From: Salpingoeca rosetta
Taxonomy: Eukaryota; Protista; Choanoflagellata
NCBI GenBank assembly: GCA_033442325.1
Contig: JAWQFM010000013.1
Location: 1,433,035 to 1,497,034 of the forward strand
Reading direction: 5' to 3'
Length of the DNA: 64,000 nucleotides
The notes beneath the pieces are model-generated. The model did no database searches. It was not told the DNA's origin and was given only the letters and a program-made list of their open reading frames with translations. Made by a program: the position numbers and the translations under genes. Below, one piece after another: positions 1 through 14,300 of this stretch (its first letter is position 1; the number at the start of each line of letters is the position of its first letter).

Positions 1-40
1 GTGTTGTTGTTGTGTTGTTGTTGTTGTTGTTGTTGTTGTC

Positions 41-134
<94 letters not shown>

Positions 135-2856
135 GGTTGCGCTCGATGCGCAGCTGCTCGATAATCTGCCTGCATGCCCACTTCCACCGCTGCACAGCCT
201 CGTGCTGCACGTAGATGTCATCGTAGCAGTACTTGAGCACCCACAGCACAAAGCCCGGGCTTGGCTGGCGACCTTTCATCACATTGCCATACGCTTGCAG
301 CAGCTTCTTCTCTGCCTGGAAGAGCTTCTGCCGTCGCCGCGCTCGCAGCATCACCTGCGATACCTCCTTCAATGGAACGTACACCACAAATGACGAATGA
401 TCATCCGCAATTTGCGCGCTTTCCTGGCTGCTCGTTCTGCTGCTCTCGTTGTTGTCATGTGCACAAATTCCGCTGTCGGCTCTCTGACTAGAGGGCGTAG
501 TTGCCATGCTTCTCTTGTCCGCCGCTTGGTTGGCGTCTCCGCCGTCTTTTTGCTCGCCTCGCGCACGACTGCCGCCTCGAGCACGAAGAAGTGGCGTGCG
601 GGACCCGCCACTTCCTCCGCTGTCGCCACAAACGCCGTGCTGAACACGATCTTCAAGATCATTGTCATCGTCTCGGGGTTGCACGGTGAAGGAAAACGTG
701 GTCACGAGCTTCCGCACTTCGTGCTCCTTCGAGTGCACGCGGTTGATGCGGAGAATGGCGCCGCGCGCCTTTGGCACGGCCTTGGCCAGGTCTTCCAGAC
801 GCAAGAACAGGTATGCGACGCCCAGGAACAGCAGCATAAAGCCGAAGATGGCCAGTTGAAATACGCCCACGGGGATGGTGTCAAAGCCAAAGTCCTCCAG
901 GTAGTAGGCGGGAGACCCAAGCATGCACGCAGCAGTCGGTAAGACGCCCGACTCTTTGTGGCAGTTGGAAGGCACGCCGTCCTGCGACACGCGCGCCAGC
1001 GAAGCAAACGTGTAGAAGAAGGGCGAGATGTAGTAGAACGCCTCCTGTGGCGGTGGCGCGTCCGCTGGGCCAACAAAGTAGCCGCTGAAGACGCCAGCCA
1101 TTCCAACAAATGCCGAGTACATGGTGAGCATGAAGTCGTTGCCCTGGTTGAAGTGGTACGCAACACCGGCCATGCCGCACATCCACGCCGCCGCGATTCC
1201 AAGCGTTTCCATCTGCAGCACCGCAATGGCGGTGAGGCGCGCGGCGCTCACGTGTCCTCCAAAGGCGCAGATGTAGATCACAACGATGGAGATGGTCGTC
1301 AGGGGGATGGCAACTGCGGCCAAGTAGCTGAAGGATGCAACGACCACCTGTGTCAATGTGCGGCAATGTGGTTGGTTGAGAAGTCACATACGCTTGTGTG
1401 CGAATGTGCGCTGGGGATGCATTGCACAAGGAGCACGTGCAAAACGTTTGTCAAGATAACGGCCTCACCATTCATACGAATGCACACTTGCACACCAACT
1501 ACTATTACCAGCAACAAGTACACATGCGCAAGCGCACACATGAACCAACCAACACACATGCAATCGCTTCACACATACACACACACACACACAGTCGCAC
1601 TCACACACGCAACGCAGTCTTTCACGCACACTCCCACAGGCACCCACGCACGCACGCTCATACACACACACGCGCGCGCGCCCTCAAGTGCAAGTACCTG
1701 AAGTGACGAGACAGTCTTGTGCTTCTTTTCCAGGCGGAATGCGTTGAATGTGTTAATGAGGCTGGCAGAGAACGTGAAGTTGACAAGGAGGGGAAACGTG
1801 TACATGATGCTGAAGTGGGTGCTTCCGAGTACAAACGCCGGGTTTGCATCAAAGTACAGCCAAGACATGTAGATCATGCTCAGCAGCAACTGCACCATCA
1901 GGTTTGAACGCAGCTGCCTCGCCATCTCCCGCTGGTATCTGCTGATGAGGGCACGGACACAAAACCACCAGCCCGTGGCGCCGTGCATGTTGTGGGTGAC
2001 AGCGATTGTGCTTCCACCGGTGCCCCCTTCGTGTGTGTTGCCCTGGCGCCAACCTTTGCGCAGCGTGAACTTCTTGCTCAGCCAGTTGTCTCCGCTGTGC
2101 TGTGAATCGGGCACACCCCGACCACCACCACGAGTGGTGCTGATGATGCCGTGGCTGCTGCCGTCGCCACCGCTGTTCGTGTGCTTGTTCTCACGGAACT
2201 GCTTCTTGGTTAGGTCGTTGCTGTTGCCGTAAACATCGCGCACACGCTTGCTGTGAGACTGAGGGGCTGGAACGGACAAGTGCGTGCCGCGTTTGCCTGT
2301 TGGTGATGTCGAAGACACGGGTGTCGAGGCCGACAGTGCGGGCGCGACCGTGTGCTTGCTGCTGATCAGTGCAGAGGAGGATGAGGATGAGGAAGCGGCT
2401 GTGCTTGGTGGCGCACTGTACTGCACCCGTGCCCGCGTCAGCCAAATCTCCCGCACGCGTGCCGCCGCCTTGCGAATGGCGCGCTCAACTCGCTTTCGCA
2501 CCCCCGTTGTTTCGAGGCTGGCCATGACTGCTTCCTCATTCTCCTCCCGCTGCATCTCGTCGAGAATGAGATCCGCCGGGTTCTGGTTCGCGCTCGAGGC
2601 TTCGGTACTGGATTTGCTGGCGTTGCTGGTGTCGCTGCGTGGCTGGACGCAGTCACGCCACTTGCCCGCCAGCTCAACCATCGCACTTGGTTCCCCAGTT
2701 CCAATCAGATGCCCGTTCTTCATGAGGATGACGCGGTGGAACATGTGGAACACCTCCGAGCGCGGCTGGTGAATGGAGATGATGACGGTGTTTCCGCGCT
2801 CAGCAAACGCCCGCAGCCACCGAATTAGGTCCAGTGTACCGGTTGAATCGAGGCCG

Positions 2857-2933
<77 letters not shown>

Positions 2934-4603
2934 TGTGGGTGTGTGGGTGTGTGTGGGTGTGTGTGGGTGTATTGAGAGATGAAAAGGGGAGAGTAGGTTA
3001 CATGCGCACAGCAATGAGTATGTGGCAAACTCAACGACACAAAACACACCCACAAGCCCACGACACATCAATCGCGCAACCACACATGCACAAAACCCGC
3101 CCACACCACCTTGTTGGCTCGTCCATGGCCAGGACAACCGGGTCTAGCAGGAGCTCCATTGCAACCGCCAATTTGCGTTTCTGCCGCGCAAAACGCACCA
3201 ACCATAGCATCGCGTCAATCCGATAACGTACGTCACACGTAGGCCGTGCGGGGCTCAACAAACATGTCCCACATGACATGATCACACACGAACGTGATCG
3301 ACCCAAGCAGCAACACACATCGGAATGCGCGCAAACACACACACACACACACACAAACCGAGCATGTTGTGATCCGATGCTCACACACACTCGCACTCGC
3401 ACACACACTCGCACTCGCACACACACTCGCACTCGCACACACACACACACACACACCTGTCCTCCGCTCAAACCGCCAGATGCTGCGTGCTTGTTGCCAA
3501 CGATCTTCACGCACAACAGGGCATGCGAAGGCACATTGTGCATAATGCAGCCCTTCAGTATACAATCACACTCACAGACCACACAGAGTACACACAGAGT
3601 GCACAAACGCACGCACGCACACACACACACACACGCCTCACCTTCTGCACACAGCACACAGCACACAACACGCACACATTCACGTGCACTCACCACCCTC
3701 ACACTCTCCCCAAAGCACGCACCGTGTCGAGGTGAGCACCGAGGCCGACGGTATGGAGGGTGGAGAGCGCCTTGGCCAGGCGTAACTTCAGTGGCATGGA
3801 GGCTGGCAGGCGCAGCAGGGCAGCGTACATCATGTTCTCCTTCACAGTCAGAGACGGGAAATATGCACCGCCATATTGCGGCACAAACCCCACGCGCACG
3901 CGAAGGCTTTTGTACTCATCGCTCGTCCGCAACAGCCGCCCATTCACGTACACCTTTAACAGCAAGAGGGACATGTACAGTTGGGCGGCGTGGTGGGAGG
4001 TGATGGAAGTGGTGCAAGTGGTGAGAAGTGGCGGTTCGAGTGAACATCATGGCGTGGGAACAACAGAGCAGTCAAGGCAACCGCATAGTTGTGCAGTCCT
4101 CAGTGGTACGTGCATGGTTGGTGCTCAGGTACCATACCATCAACACAGATACGACAAGAAACACACGCAAGAACCACACAAGAAACTCAGGCATGTGTGC
4201 ATATATGCAGACGCTCATATGTGCAGACACTCATGCAAACCAAGCGCTGTCACAAACCTGGCCGTTTCTGTTGTTGGACGGGATCAACCCTGCCATGGAT
4301 TTCAAGAGCGTGGTCTTTCCACAGCCAGATGGACCAAGAATCGCCGTCATTTCCCCTGCACAGATGAAAGCACACGAGCAAGCACGAGGCGACGTGAGTG
4401 CAACAGCAGCGATACAGACGCGTAGCTGTTCTTCGTCTTCAAAGCTACACTGCTGCTGCATGCGCACAATCAACCACAACACCTGATCACGCATGCACAT
4501 AAGCACACTCCAGTACAGCGGACCCACCCAGTGCGTGCATTTAAACACACACACGTACAGAGCCACACACACGCACACACACACACACTCACTCACTCAC
4601 TCC

Positions 4604-4634
<31 letters not shown>

Positions 4635-5637
4635 TCACTCCCCCCCCCCACACACACTCACACTCACACACTCACACACACGCATAGCCCCACTTAGACC
4701 CCCAACACACACGCACACACACACACACACACACAGATGCGCAAAGCGAAACGCACAAGGGTTGACAAAGGCGCTGATGTCATGAAGGAGCTGGCGCTTG
4801 TGCGTGTGCGTCCAGACGTTCAGTCCATACATTGCAATGCTGAGATGCTGTGCCTTCCAGGGATACAGCAGCACATCAGGGTCGGCATCGTACAGCTCAG
4901 CTGCCTCCAACGCTTCTAAATGCGGCGTGTGGATGGTATCCCGTGCCCCGCCTTGCTCGCTCGCGCTCTCGTGCACCAGCTGCTTAAGGAGGGTACGGTG
5001 CTGGCGAAACTTGTACCAAGCACACACGTTGCACATGAACAGCACGACAATGACAAGGATGAAGAAGGCCATGCAAAGGATCGGCAACAGGGAACCATCG
5101 GTCCATAGCCACTCGTCTTCGCTGGTGAGGATGCTGAGCACGGGCGGACACATGGGATCGCAGTCCACCCCTCGACACGCCGGGAAAGATGTGAGGTGCA
5201 AGTGCTGAGTGTCGGTGCTGCTGCTGTTGCTGTTGTTCGTGGTGGCGGGGCTGGTTGCCAGCCACCATCTGTTCACGAACGCGGGCATCGCCACATTGCC
5301 GTTGGCAAAGTATGTGTGCCACATGTCCAAGACGAAGGTGAACTGAAACATGCCATTCCTCACCACCCCGTCGTCTGCCTGCCTATCTCCAACCATGACG
5401 AGAAATCCGTGGTGGAAACAGGGCGACACAAACACGCTCAGAGCCGACACCTGCTGGATAGCCCGCTTGACCTGTGCCAAGGCAACACCGCCATACTCTT
5501 CCGCGAAACTCATCACCTCAGCCAATTCGCTCAGGCTTGGTTTGCTCTGAAGCAGCATTCTCTCGTACCGCTTCACCCCCTCAGCACCAGCATTGAATCC
5601 CTATTGTGTGTGCAAGTGTATGGGGAAAAGGGTAGGT

Positions 5638-5674
<37 letters not shown>

Positions 5675-7044
5675 TGAGTGTGTGTGTGCGAGTGTATGCG
5701 TCAGCAAGAGGGTGTACACGAATTCATGCGAGTGCGTGCATGAGTATGAGTTTGTGTGTTTGCGTGTTCGCATGCGTGTGTGCGCATACGACAACGCAAA
5801 CAGCATGACTGCAGTGCTGACCTGGCAACCACACAAACCACCCAGGGAGGCGCACCAACACCTGCACGCCCTCACCACAAATCCAGACAACCAAGAACGC
5901 GCACTCAAGCATGGCACACACGAACCAGAAACAGCGTGTAAGGGTCGTATTTAGACGTGAGGAGAAGAACCGGAAACGCTGGGTTGTGTGCGTGCAAAGC
6001 TCGCAGGCTGCACTGCACCTCGGCGCAGCAAGGAACAGGGTAGCCTTGGGACGACACTTGACCACACAAGTCGGCGAGCGCCGCAAAGTAGTCTCGCTGC
6101 CATGAGGAAGTGACGGATAAGCCCGTGGCGTTGCCGTTGGCTTGAGTGACGCTGGCAGCAAATGCGTCCAAGCTTGCGTGAACGCGACCGGGCGATGCAT
6201 AGAAGGACAGAAGGTCCTGATTTGTGAGCAGGGCCTCCTCCAAGATGCCATCCTGGTTCACAAACCAAGACGAGTCGACCAGCAGCTGCAGCTGAGCACC
6301 TCGCAGCCACACCATGGTGCTGTTGCTGTGTGAGCTGTTGGTGCCATGGGAGGGCTGCTGCGCCAGCGTGGACAACAGCGCATAAGCATGGGCCACAGCA
6401 GCAGTGCCACCAGCAGAGGTGCCGCTGAGCAGAACGCGCGTGGCTGGCGTGTTGGCGTGCGCGGAGTCGAGCCACTCAAGCGCGGCCATGATGTTAAGAG
6501 CGCCCCGAAACCGCAATGCAGCCAACTTCCTCGAGCTTTGAGTCGCTGTATCGCCATCACCGCCGCTTGATGGTTCAACGGGAATGTCGTCTGCCCGTGC
6601 ACCGAGAAACAGGTCTTGCGAGCAGTAGGGCAGGTACACTTTGTTGGCGTCGTGAAAGGCGGGGTTCAAGGCCGCGTCATGGGAGAAGAGGCCACCAAGA
6701 TCCCAAGCCTCGTACGCGGTCGGGGACTCCTTTGAGGACATGAGACGGGGGCTACTGCTGAAGCGCGTGCGTGCCTCGTCGATCGAGCGGGACAGGGCGC
6801 CTCCCTGCAGGAACAGGATCCAGATGCTTGAGTTGTCGCGTCGCTCCACGAAGAAGGTGTACGGGGTGCCATCCGCACAGCTGCTGGGATATGTCCGGGC
6901 GTCGCTGTCCTTCAGTTGCACCTTCTCCATTTGTACGCCGCCGGCGCACGCATGTTGCTGTTGCGTCAGCGCAAGGACCACGACGAGAGCGACAGCATGT
7001 CTCAGGAGCCCACGAGAAACGGTTCCTCGGCGTACTGTGTACAT
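1..7044 (-). CDS. Gene A: Notum/pectin-acetylesterase ectodomain fused to an ABCG half-transporter, catalytic triad intact; 3' end runs off the window
   Basis: Hand-spliced GT-AG exons: 7044-5926, 5600-4757, 4355-4258, 3953-3723, 3504-3457, 3180-3110, 2856-1698, 1347-<1. Signal peptide. PAE/Notum motifs CADGT, WILFLQGG, NP..ANKVYLPYCSQDLFLG, FRG, LLSGTSAGG, DSSWF, KYD, SPCFHH, CDPMCP. One TM helix. Walker [10 protein letters not shown]-loop FVPQ, signature LSGGQ, Walker B/D-loop LAMDEPTSGLD, H-loop IHQP. ABC2-type TMD (FSGYFV..YYISPFFY). Poly-Q at the window edge. Confidence 0.92.
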
Positions 7045-7637
<593 letters not shown>

Positions 7638-8268
7638 ATGCACACCAGGGCGAGAGGTCATGCGCAGATGGCTGCTTTCATCTTCACGGTGCTGTTGATC
7701 ATCATCAACAACAACGTGCAGTATGGGGCTCACGCGCAGCACGCGGGCAGCTCAGCATCAGTAACAACAACGGCAACATATCCGCTACCTGGCGCTGGTG
7801 CAAGCACAACAACGAGCATCAACAACACAAACGTCTCCCACACCTCCGGCCACATGCCGGCATCGGCAGAGGCAGGCCCAGTTGTTCCGGTACAAGTCCG
7901 CTCCATCATCAGTAACGCATCGGCCACAAACTGCAGGTGCTTCGACGGCAGTGCCTATCAGTATTGGTACGTGCCCGGTAACGCCAATGCAACGACCACT
8001 GCAAACTTGACGTGGGTACTGTACTTCCAAGGCGGACCCACCTTACAGTCCCTCCGTGATGTTGACCATATTGCGGATGAGTACTTGAGCGTGCCAGACT
8101 TGGAGGACGTGCTGCTTGACGGCGACTTTGGAGACGCATTGTCCAGCAACGAAGACATCAACCCACACCTCGCCAGCGCAACCAAAGCCGTCCTGCCGTA
8201 CTGTCATTTGGATGCATGGACAGGAGCAAGCGACGATGCACACAGCCCCAATGACACTGCCACAAGCA

Positions 8269-8333
<65 letters not shown>

Positions 8334-11300
8334 CCGCCACCTGCGGAACCTGTTTTCCAAGGGTTCACATGCACGCTTCGTGTGATTCAGGACATGCTTG
8401 CCCTCAACGAGCAGCCGCCGGAGCGGGTGGTCGTTGTGGCGCGTGGCTTCAATGGTGCAGGTGCGCTCGCACATGCGACTGCCTTGGCAAGTGCCCTGAA
8501 GCAGCCACCATGGAATGGTGCCACCCAACGGCTCTGGCTGGTGCTGGATGACGTTTGGTACACGGATCACGACAACATTTTGCAGGAGAGCCTGCTGTCT
8601 GTGGAAGACACCATCAGCTTCTACAACCCACCCAATCAAACCACAGCCCCTGTCAACATGCCTGCGTGGGAGGAAACGTACCGAAATGAGTTTGCGCGGC
8701 TGTGCCGCAACAACACGCTTCTCAGTGACAATCACGCCATTCTGCCCTGCTGCCTGGACCCGGCCTGTCTCTTGCAAGAACTTCACGCCGCCACAGACAA
8801 GGCGCGTGTGGCGCTGCTCTCCTCCAAATACAACCCCTACCCCATGTTCCTGGTATGTTCCTGGGCTGATTGCTTTAGTTGTTGCGGTGTGGTTGGGTTC
8901 CTGGTGGTGGGTGGGTGAGTGTGTGGGTGAGTGTGGTTTGTTCAAGTATGATGATGGCTTTCTAATGCCTTGTTTGGGCGCATGTTTGTACACCCGCATT
9001 ATGCGCCATGTGCACGCAATGCAACACACACAAACACAAACATGCACACACACAAATACACACAAACACAAACTGACACAATCATGCATACACGCAAGCA
9101 CACACACGCACACATACATGCCCGGACACAGAAATGCAAGTTCCTTGGGCTCTCCTGTCTGCTCACACCACATCTTTGACACTCCTCGACCCCCTCTCAA
9201 CTTGTGACATGCCGCTGTGTCCTTGCAGGGCTTGTTGAGGGGCGCAAGTGCCACTCAGGCGTTTGACTACCTGACAGAATCGCAGCTGTCCACCGTTCAG
9301 CAGCTGTCGGACCTCAGCAACTTCTTTGAGGAGCACGCCGGTCTTGTAGTGGAACAGCTCACCCAGGCCACAAACAACGCAAACGTGACCCTGCCACCAA
9401 TCATCACGCTTGCGTCCCCGTGCCTGACGTATGGCACCACGGCCCAGACGCAGCTTGATTTTCAGCCCGATGGCGTGCTGGACCCCTCCCTCCTCTCGAG
9501 CAGCGCCGTTGTCAGCTCGTGGAATGTTGTGTTTCCGGGCACGAACACGTCGACACGAGACACTGTCATGGACTGGCTTCTCCGACAGGACGCGCCCTCC
9601 GCCTTCCTCGCCCCTGCTTGCAAGGGTGTTGCGTGTGACCCAAGCTGCCCCAACATCATCGGTAGCGGCTTGACGGCAAGCCCAAGCCAGTGGCTGTCCG
9701 TGATTGACTTTGCCGTCATCGTGTTTGTCGGCACGCTGCTGGCTGCTGGCGTCATCACTGGTCAGATCGCCTGGCTGCGCACGCGCTTCCTCATGCGGAA
9801 GCTGACAAGACTCGAGCTCATGCCTCTGCTCACGGCCACCCACGCCCATAAGCGCAACTCCAAGCCGCATCGCATGTCGTCCCACGTGCGTCGCGTCTTC
9901 CGCAAGCGCCACCTCACCAAGCGATCAGAGGTCCTGCGCAACCAACTCTTTACGCGGCTGGAGCGGTCGCAGCGCATCGGCCTTGCAGCAGACGGCCTCA
10001 GCTACTGGACTCCCGGCGAAAACAGCAAGCAGATTCTTCACAACGTCTCCGTCTTTGCCAATCCCGGTGTGTGTGTGTATGTGTGTGACGGTGCGTGTGT
10101 GTGTGTGTGTGTGTGTGCGTCTTGTGCGTGTGGGTGTACGTGCGTACTTGTGTACTCGAGTGTGGTTGTACTCTTGAGTGCATACACTTTCTGGTGTACG
10201 TGCCTGCAAGAACCACCTTCATGTCTGTCGCTCAACATGTGTCTTTCTTCTTCATCCTCTGTTACCGGCGTGTTATCGCCTCTTGACGTCGGTTGTCTGC
10301 GCAACTGCCACCAGGCCAAATCACCGCCATCATGGGCCCGTCCGGTTGCGGAAAGACGACGCTCATGGACGTCTTAATTGGGCGGCGCAAAGTCGGCAAG
10401 ATACGCGGAAAGGTGGGGACATTTTGTGCGTGTGTGCTCGTGTGTATGTGTGTGTGTTGGTGTGTGTGTTTGTGCGTACATGCATGTGTGTGTGTGTGCA
10501 CCTGCATCGTTAGGAGCTCCCTGTCGTCGTTGCTTGTGTGTGTGCGTGTGTGGTTGTGTGTGCGTGTGTGCGTGTGTTTGCATCGTTGGGTCTGGGTGAA
10601 ACCAGCAAGTCACTTAGCGACGGCTCTCAAGTCACGTGCTTTCCTTGCCTTGCTATTGAACAGTGCATGATCAACGGCTGCGAACTGCACCACAAGTACG
10701 AGGAGCGGACGCTGAAGCATCGCGTGGCGTATGTCGAGCAGTTGTGTGGCGCCTATTTCAACGACATGACTGTCAGGGAAAACGCAATGTTCAACGCCAT
10801 GCTTCGTCTTCCATCGTCCATGCCAACAGAGGAGAAGCTCGTTCGTGCTCTCTCTGCCCTGAAGACAGTCAACCTCCTCCAGTTCGCAGACCAGGTACGC
10901 ACACATGGCCGTGTCGCAGTACCCATGCGTGCGGCGCTCTCTGTGCGTACTACTGTGACGAGTTGTGGGTGCTCGAGTGTGGCGTTGTGTTTGAGAATGT
11001 GTGTGAGGGTGGTGTGTGAGTGTGGCGTGAGTTCCTGCGGGACTGTTGGCGATGTACTACGAGCGCTTGTGCGGCACTGTGTGCACCCGTCACATGTATT
11101 CACAAATGCACTTGTTGTAGATCGTGGACACTGGTTCTGGGGGCCTCAGCGGTGGACAGGTGAGCTGATGGTGAAGTTGTCTGCGTCGACGTTGTTCCTG
11201 ACTGTCGCATATTCCCGTTGCCAACACTGACTATGTCGCTGTCGTGCCTGCGCTCCGCCTTCTTTGATCGCATGCATGCACACACTTGCATGAACACGCA

Positions 11301-14300
11301 TGTATGCGTTTGTCCGTTTGTGCTCCGTACCCGTGCACACGCACCAGCACGTTCGTGACCACACTCGTATGTTCATCACACCCAAATGCATTCTCATGCA
11401 TCCGCCCATACATGCACAGAAACGCCGCTTGGCCGTTGCAATGGAGCTCTTGCTTGACCCGGCTGTCCTGGCCATGGACGAGCCAACAAGGTACAGTGGG
11501 CGGGTCTTGTGCGTGCGTGCGTGTGTGTGTGTGTGGGTGAGTGTGTGTGTGTGTGTTGGTGTGTGTGTGTGTGCTGCTACTGCTGCTGGTTGGTGTGATT
11601 CGTGCCGTGGACTGCGTGGATAGTGTTTCGTTTACACTGTTGAAAACGAGTTGGTACAGATACAGGCGCACTTACATGTGTGGTTTGTACATGTCTACCA
11701 ACCCCCTCACCAAGTGTCAACAAACACACCACAACCACACAACCACATTCGTACATACATACGCGCACACACGCACGCGCACACACATACACGACTTGCA
11801 GCGGTCTTGATTCCAATGGCACGTGGGATTTTATGAACTGGCTGTGGGACTTTGCGCGGACAGGACGGACAATTGTTGTTTCCATCCACCAGCCACGCTC
11901 GGAGGTGTTCCACATGTTCCACCGCGTGATTCTCATGAAGAAAGGCCACGTTGCTGCCTTTGACAAGCCACAAAACCTCGTGAACCTTGCAAACGCGTGG
12001 CGTGCAAAGGCGGAACGCAAGCGCCTGCCCAAGATGGCAAGCTTGGCAGAGGGCCTCAATCCGGCGGACTTTGTGCTGGACCAAGTGAAGCGACCCGACC
12101 TCCACCACATTGTCATCAGCTCGTTCGACCGCACGCGCACACGTGCTCGTGTTGAACGCAGCATCCGGCGTGCCGTGAGCATGCTCAATGCAGCGCGGGA
12201 CACCCTTGCGTACCATCTGGGCGTGTTGCGCCACAGGAAGCACGAACTGAAGCGACTGCTGCACGGCAGCTCTCTGAGCATGAGCAACAGCAACGATCAG
12301 CAACAGCAGCAACACGGTCGGCAACCACATGACCAGCAGCAACATCAGGATTCACTCGATGGCGTCAAAGGGCCAAGGCACTCAGACGATCAGTCTGCAA
12401 GTGCTGCAGTCTGTGGTGATGGCGATGGCGGAAATGGCGATGATACTGAGGGGTTACACCGTTCACACCAGGACGAGGTCGTGGAACGCGTGGTGGACAG
12501 CAGTGATGTTGCAGACATTCTCGATCGAATCCGCGACAACCTGCATCGCTCCGAGAAAGACCTGTATCTGCCAAACGGGGAGGACATACTCACCACGGCG
12601 CATGCACCGCTGCGTGTGCTGTTGCTCACGGGCCGCTTCCTGAAACGCCTGCCGTCGTCTTTCTTCGTGGTGATGGCGCTGAAGGTCCTGGCGAACGCAC
12701 TTGGCTACTCGTGGCTGTACAGCAACGCGCAGGCTGCATACGTGGTGCTGTCATGTAACTTCTCTCTCATGTTTGGATTTCCCTTCCTCCTCGCCAACTC
12801 GTTTGGGTCTCGCATCATGACGTACCTCGAAGCATTTCGCCTCGAGGCCCAGATCGGCGTCGTCAACGCGTTTGAGGTGTGGTTGTTTGTGCGCTTGCGT
12901 GCGTGCGCGCACTTGCGTGTGTGTAAGTGTGCGTGTGTGTAAGCTGTGAGTGTGCGTGTGTGTTGTTTGCTTGTGGGCTGGCATGCGTTTGTACGTGGTG
13001 GTTTGCTTGCTTGCGCGTGAGTGTGTATGTATGCGTGTGAGCACGCGCATTTGCATGCAAGCTTGTTCCTTCGTTTACCTGTCTATACATGCGTTGGCTT
13101 GCTCGCTCTTGTGTGTGTGTGTGCGCAAACACCTTCCATGCTGAGCTTGAACCTTTGTGTTGAAGCTTCACTACTTGTCTTATTTGTCCTGCTCCCATGT
13201 GTGTGTGTACCGATGGATGCTCATCCCCGTTGTACACCGCGCCTGTACAACACCATTCTTGTAGGTGATTCTCGGCATGTTCATTGCAATGAGTGCCAGC
13301 GTGCTGCCCCTCTGTCTTGCGCTGTACACCGTTGTGTACGGCATTGTCTACTGGGACGCCTTTGAGCTTGAGCGTGTGCTGGGGACTTCCCTCATCCAGC
13401 TCCTCAACGTGCAGGTGCTCAACGCACTATTCCTTGCGCTGTGCGGTCTGTGCCACCGCAACAGCCTGAGCGCGCGCCATGCCCTTGCTTACTTCACCTC
13501 CATCGTGGGCGTGTTTGCTGCGCTGAGCGGGTTCCTTGTCTCCCCCGGCGACGCCACAGATCCGCAGCTGGTTCTCTACCACACGTCTCCGCTCTACTTT
13601 GTGTTCAGCGCAGCAGCCAAGATGGGGCTCAACGGCCTGAGCCTGGTGTCGTGCCAGGAAGAGGCTGGGGTGCTGGCCAGCTTCGTGTGCGAGGCGCAGT
13701 CGCCGTCGGGTGTGCTGTCGCTCCGAGGATACGACACGGTCAGTGTTGGCCTGATGCTGCTGGCGCTGCTTGGATGGAACATCTTGCTGCTGATTGTGGC
13801 AGCCATGGCCATCAGTGAATCCCCACTGCCTGCTCTGCGACTGTCACGCGATCACCCGTCTGTGTGGCGGAAAATGAGCAAACAGCGCATCGAGCAGCAC
13901 GGCCAGCGCTACCTCATCAGCTTCATTGCGTCGTCCGGCAATGGCAATGCGAATAACCCACCGGCAACCACATCAACATCGTCGTTATCGTCAACAACAA
14001 CAACAGCGCCATCGCCGCCAAGAGCTACAAGCAGTTTCAAGTCTTCCGCGCCCACGTCTGCAGAGCATCGCCCATCGCTCCCCGTGGTAGACGAGGACGA
14101 TGCAGGCCACGTGTTTGTGCTGCCCGCGGTGAAGCGGCTGACGCGCCCAAGGGGCTTCTTCTCACACTCCACCCAGTCCTCCATTCGCTTCAAGCATCAC
14201 CCGCAGCGTCACCACCATCACCACCATCACCACCACCAGCATGCAAGCCGCCGGTCCACGATGATGAGTGACGACCTGGTGTCCGTGCACCACAGACCCT

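Noticed and set aside
369-1429. Minus-strand ORFs 369-668, 702-1226 and 881-1429
   Set aside because: Wrong frames. The true gene A last exon is a stop-free frame from 1347 running off the window edge, so it is missing from the ORF track.
5926-7044. Calling gene A NOTUM (Wnt deacylase)
   Set aside because: Family-level motifs only: GGA instead of GGW, fused to a transporter, and no evidence of orthology or of a Wnt substrate.
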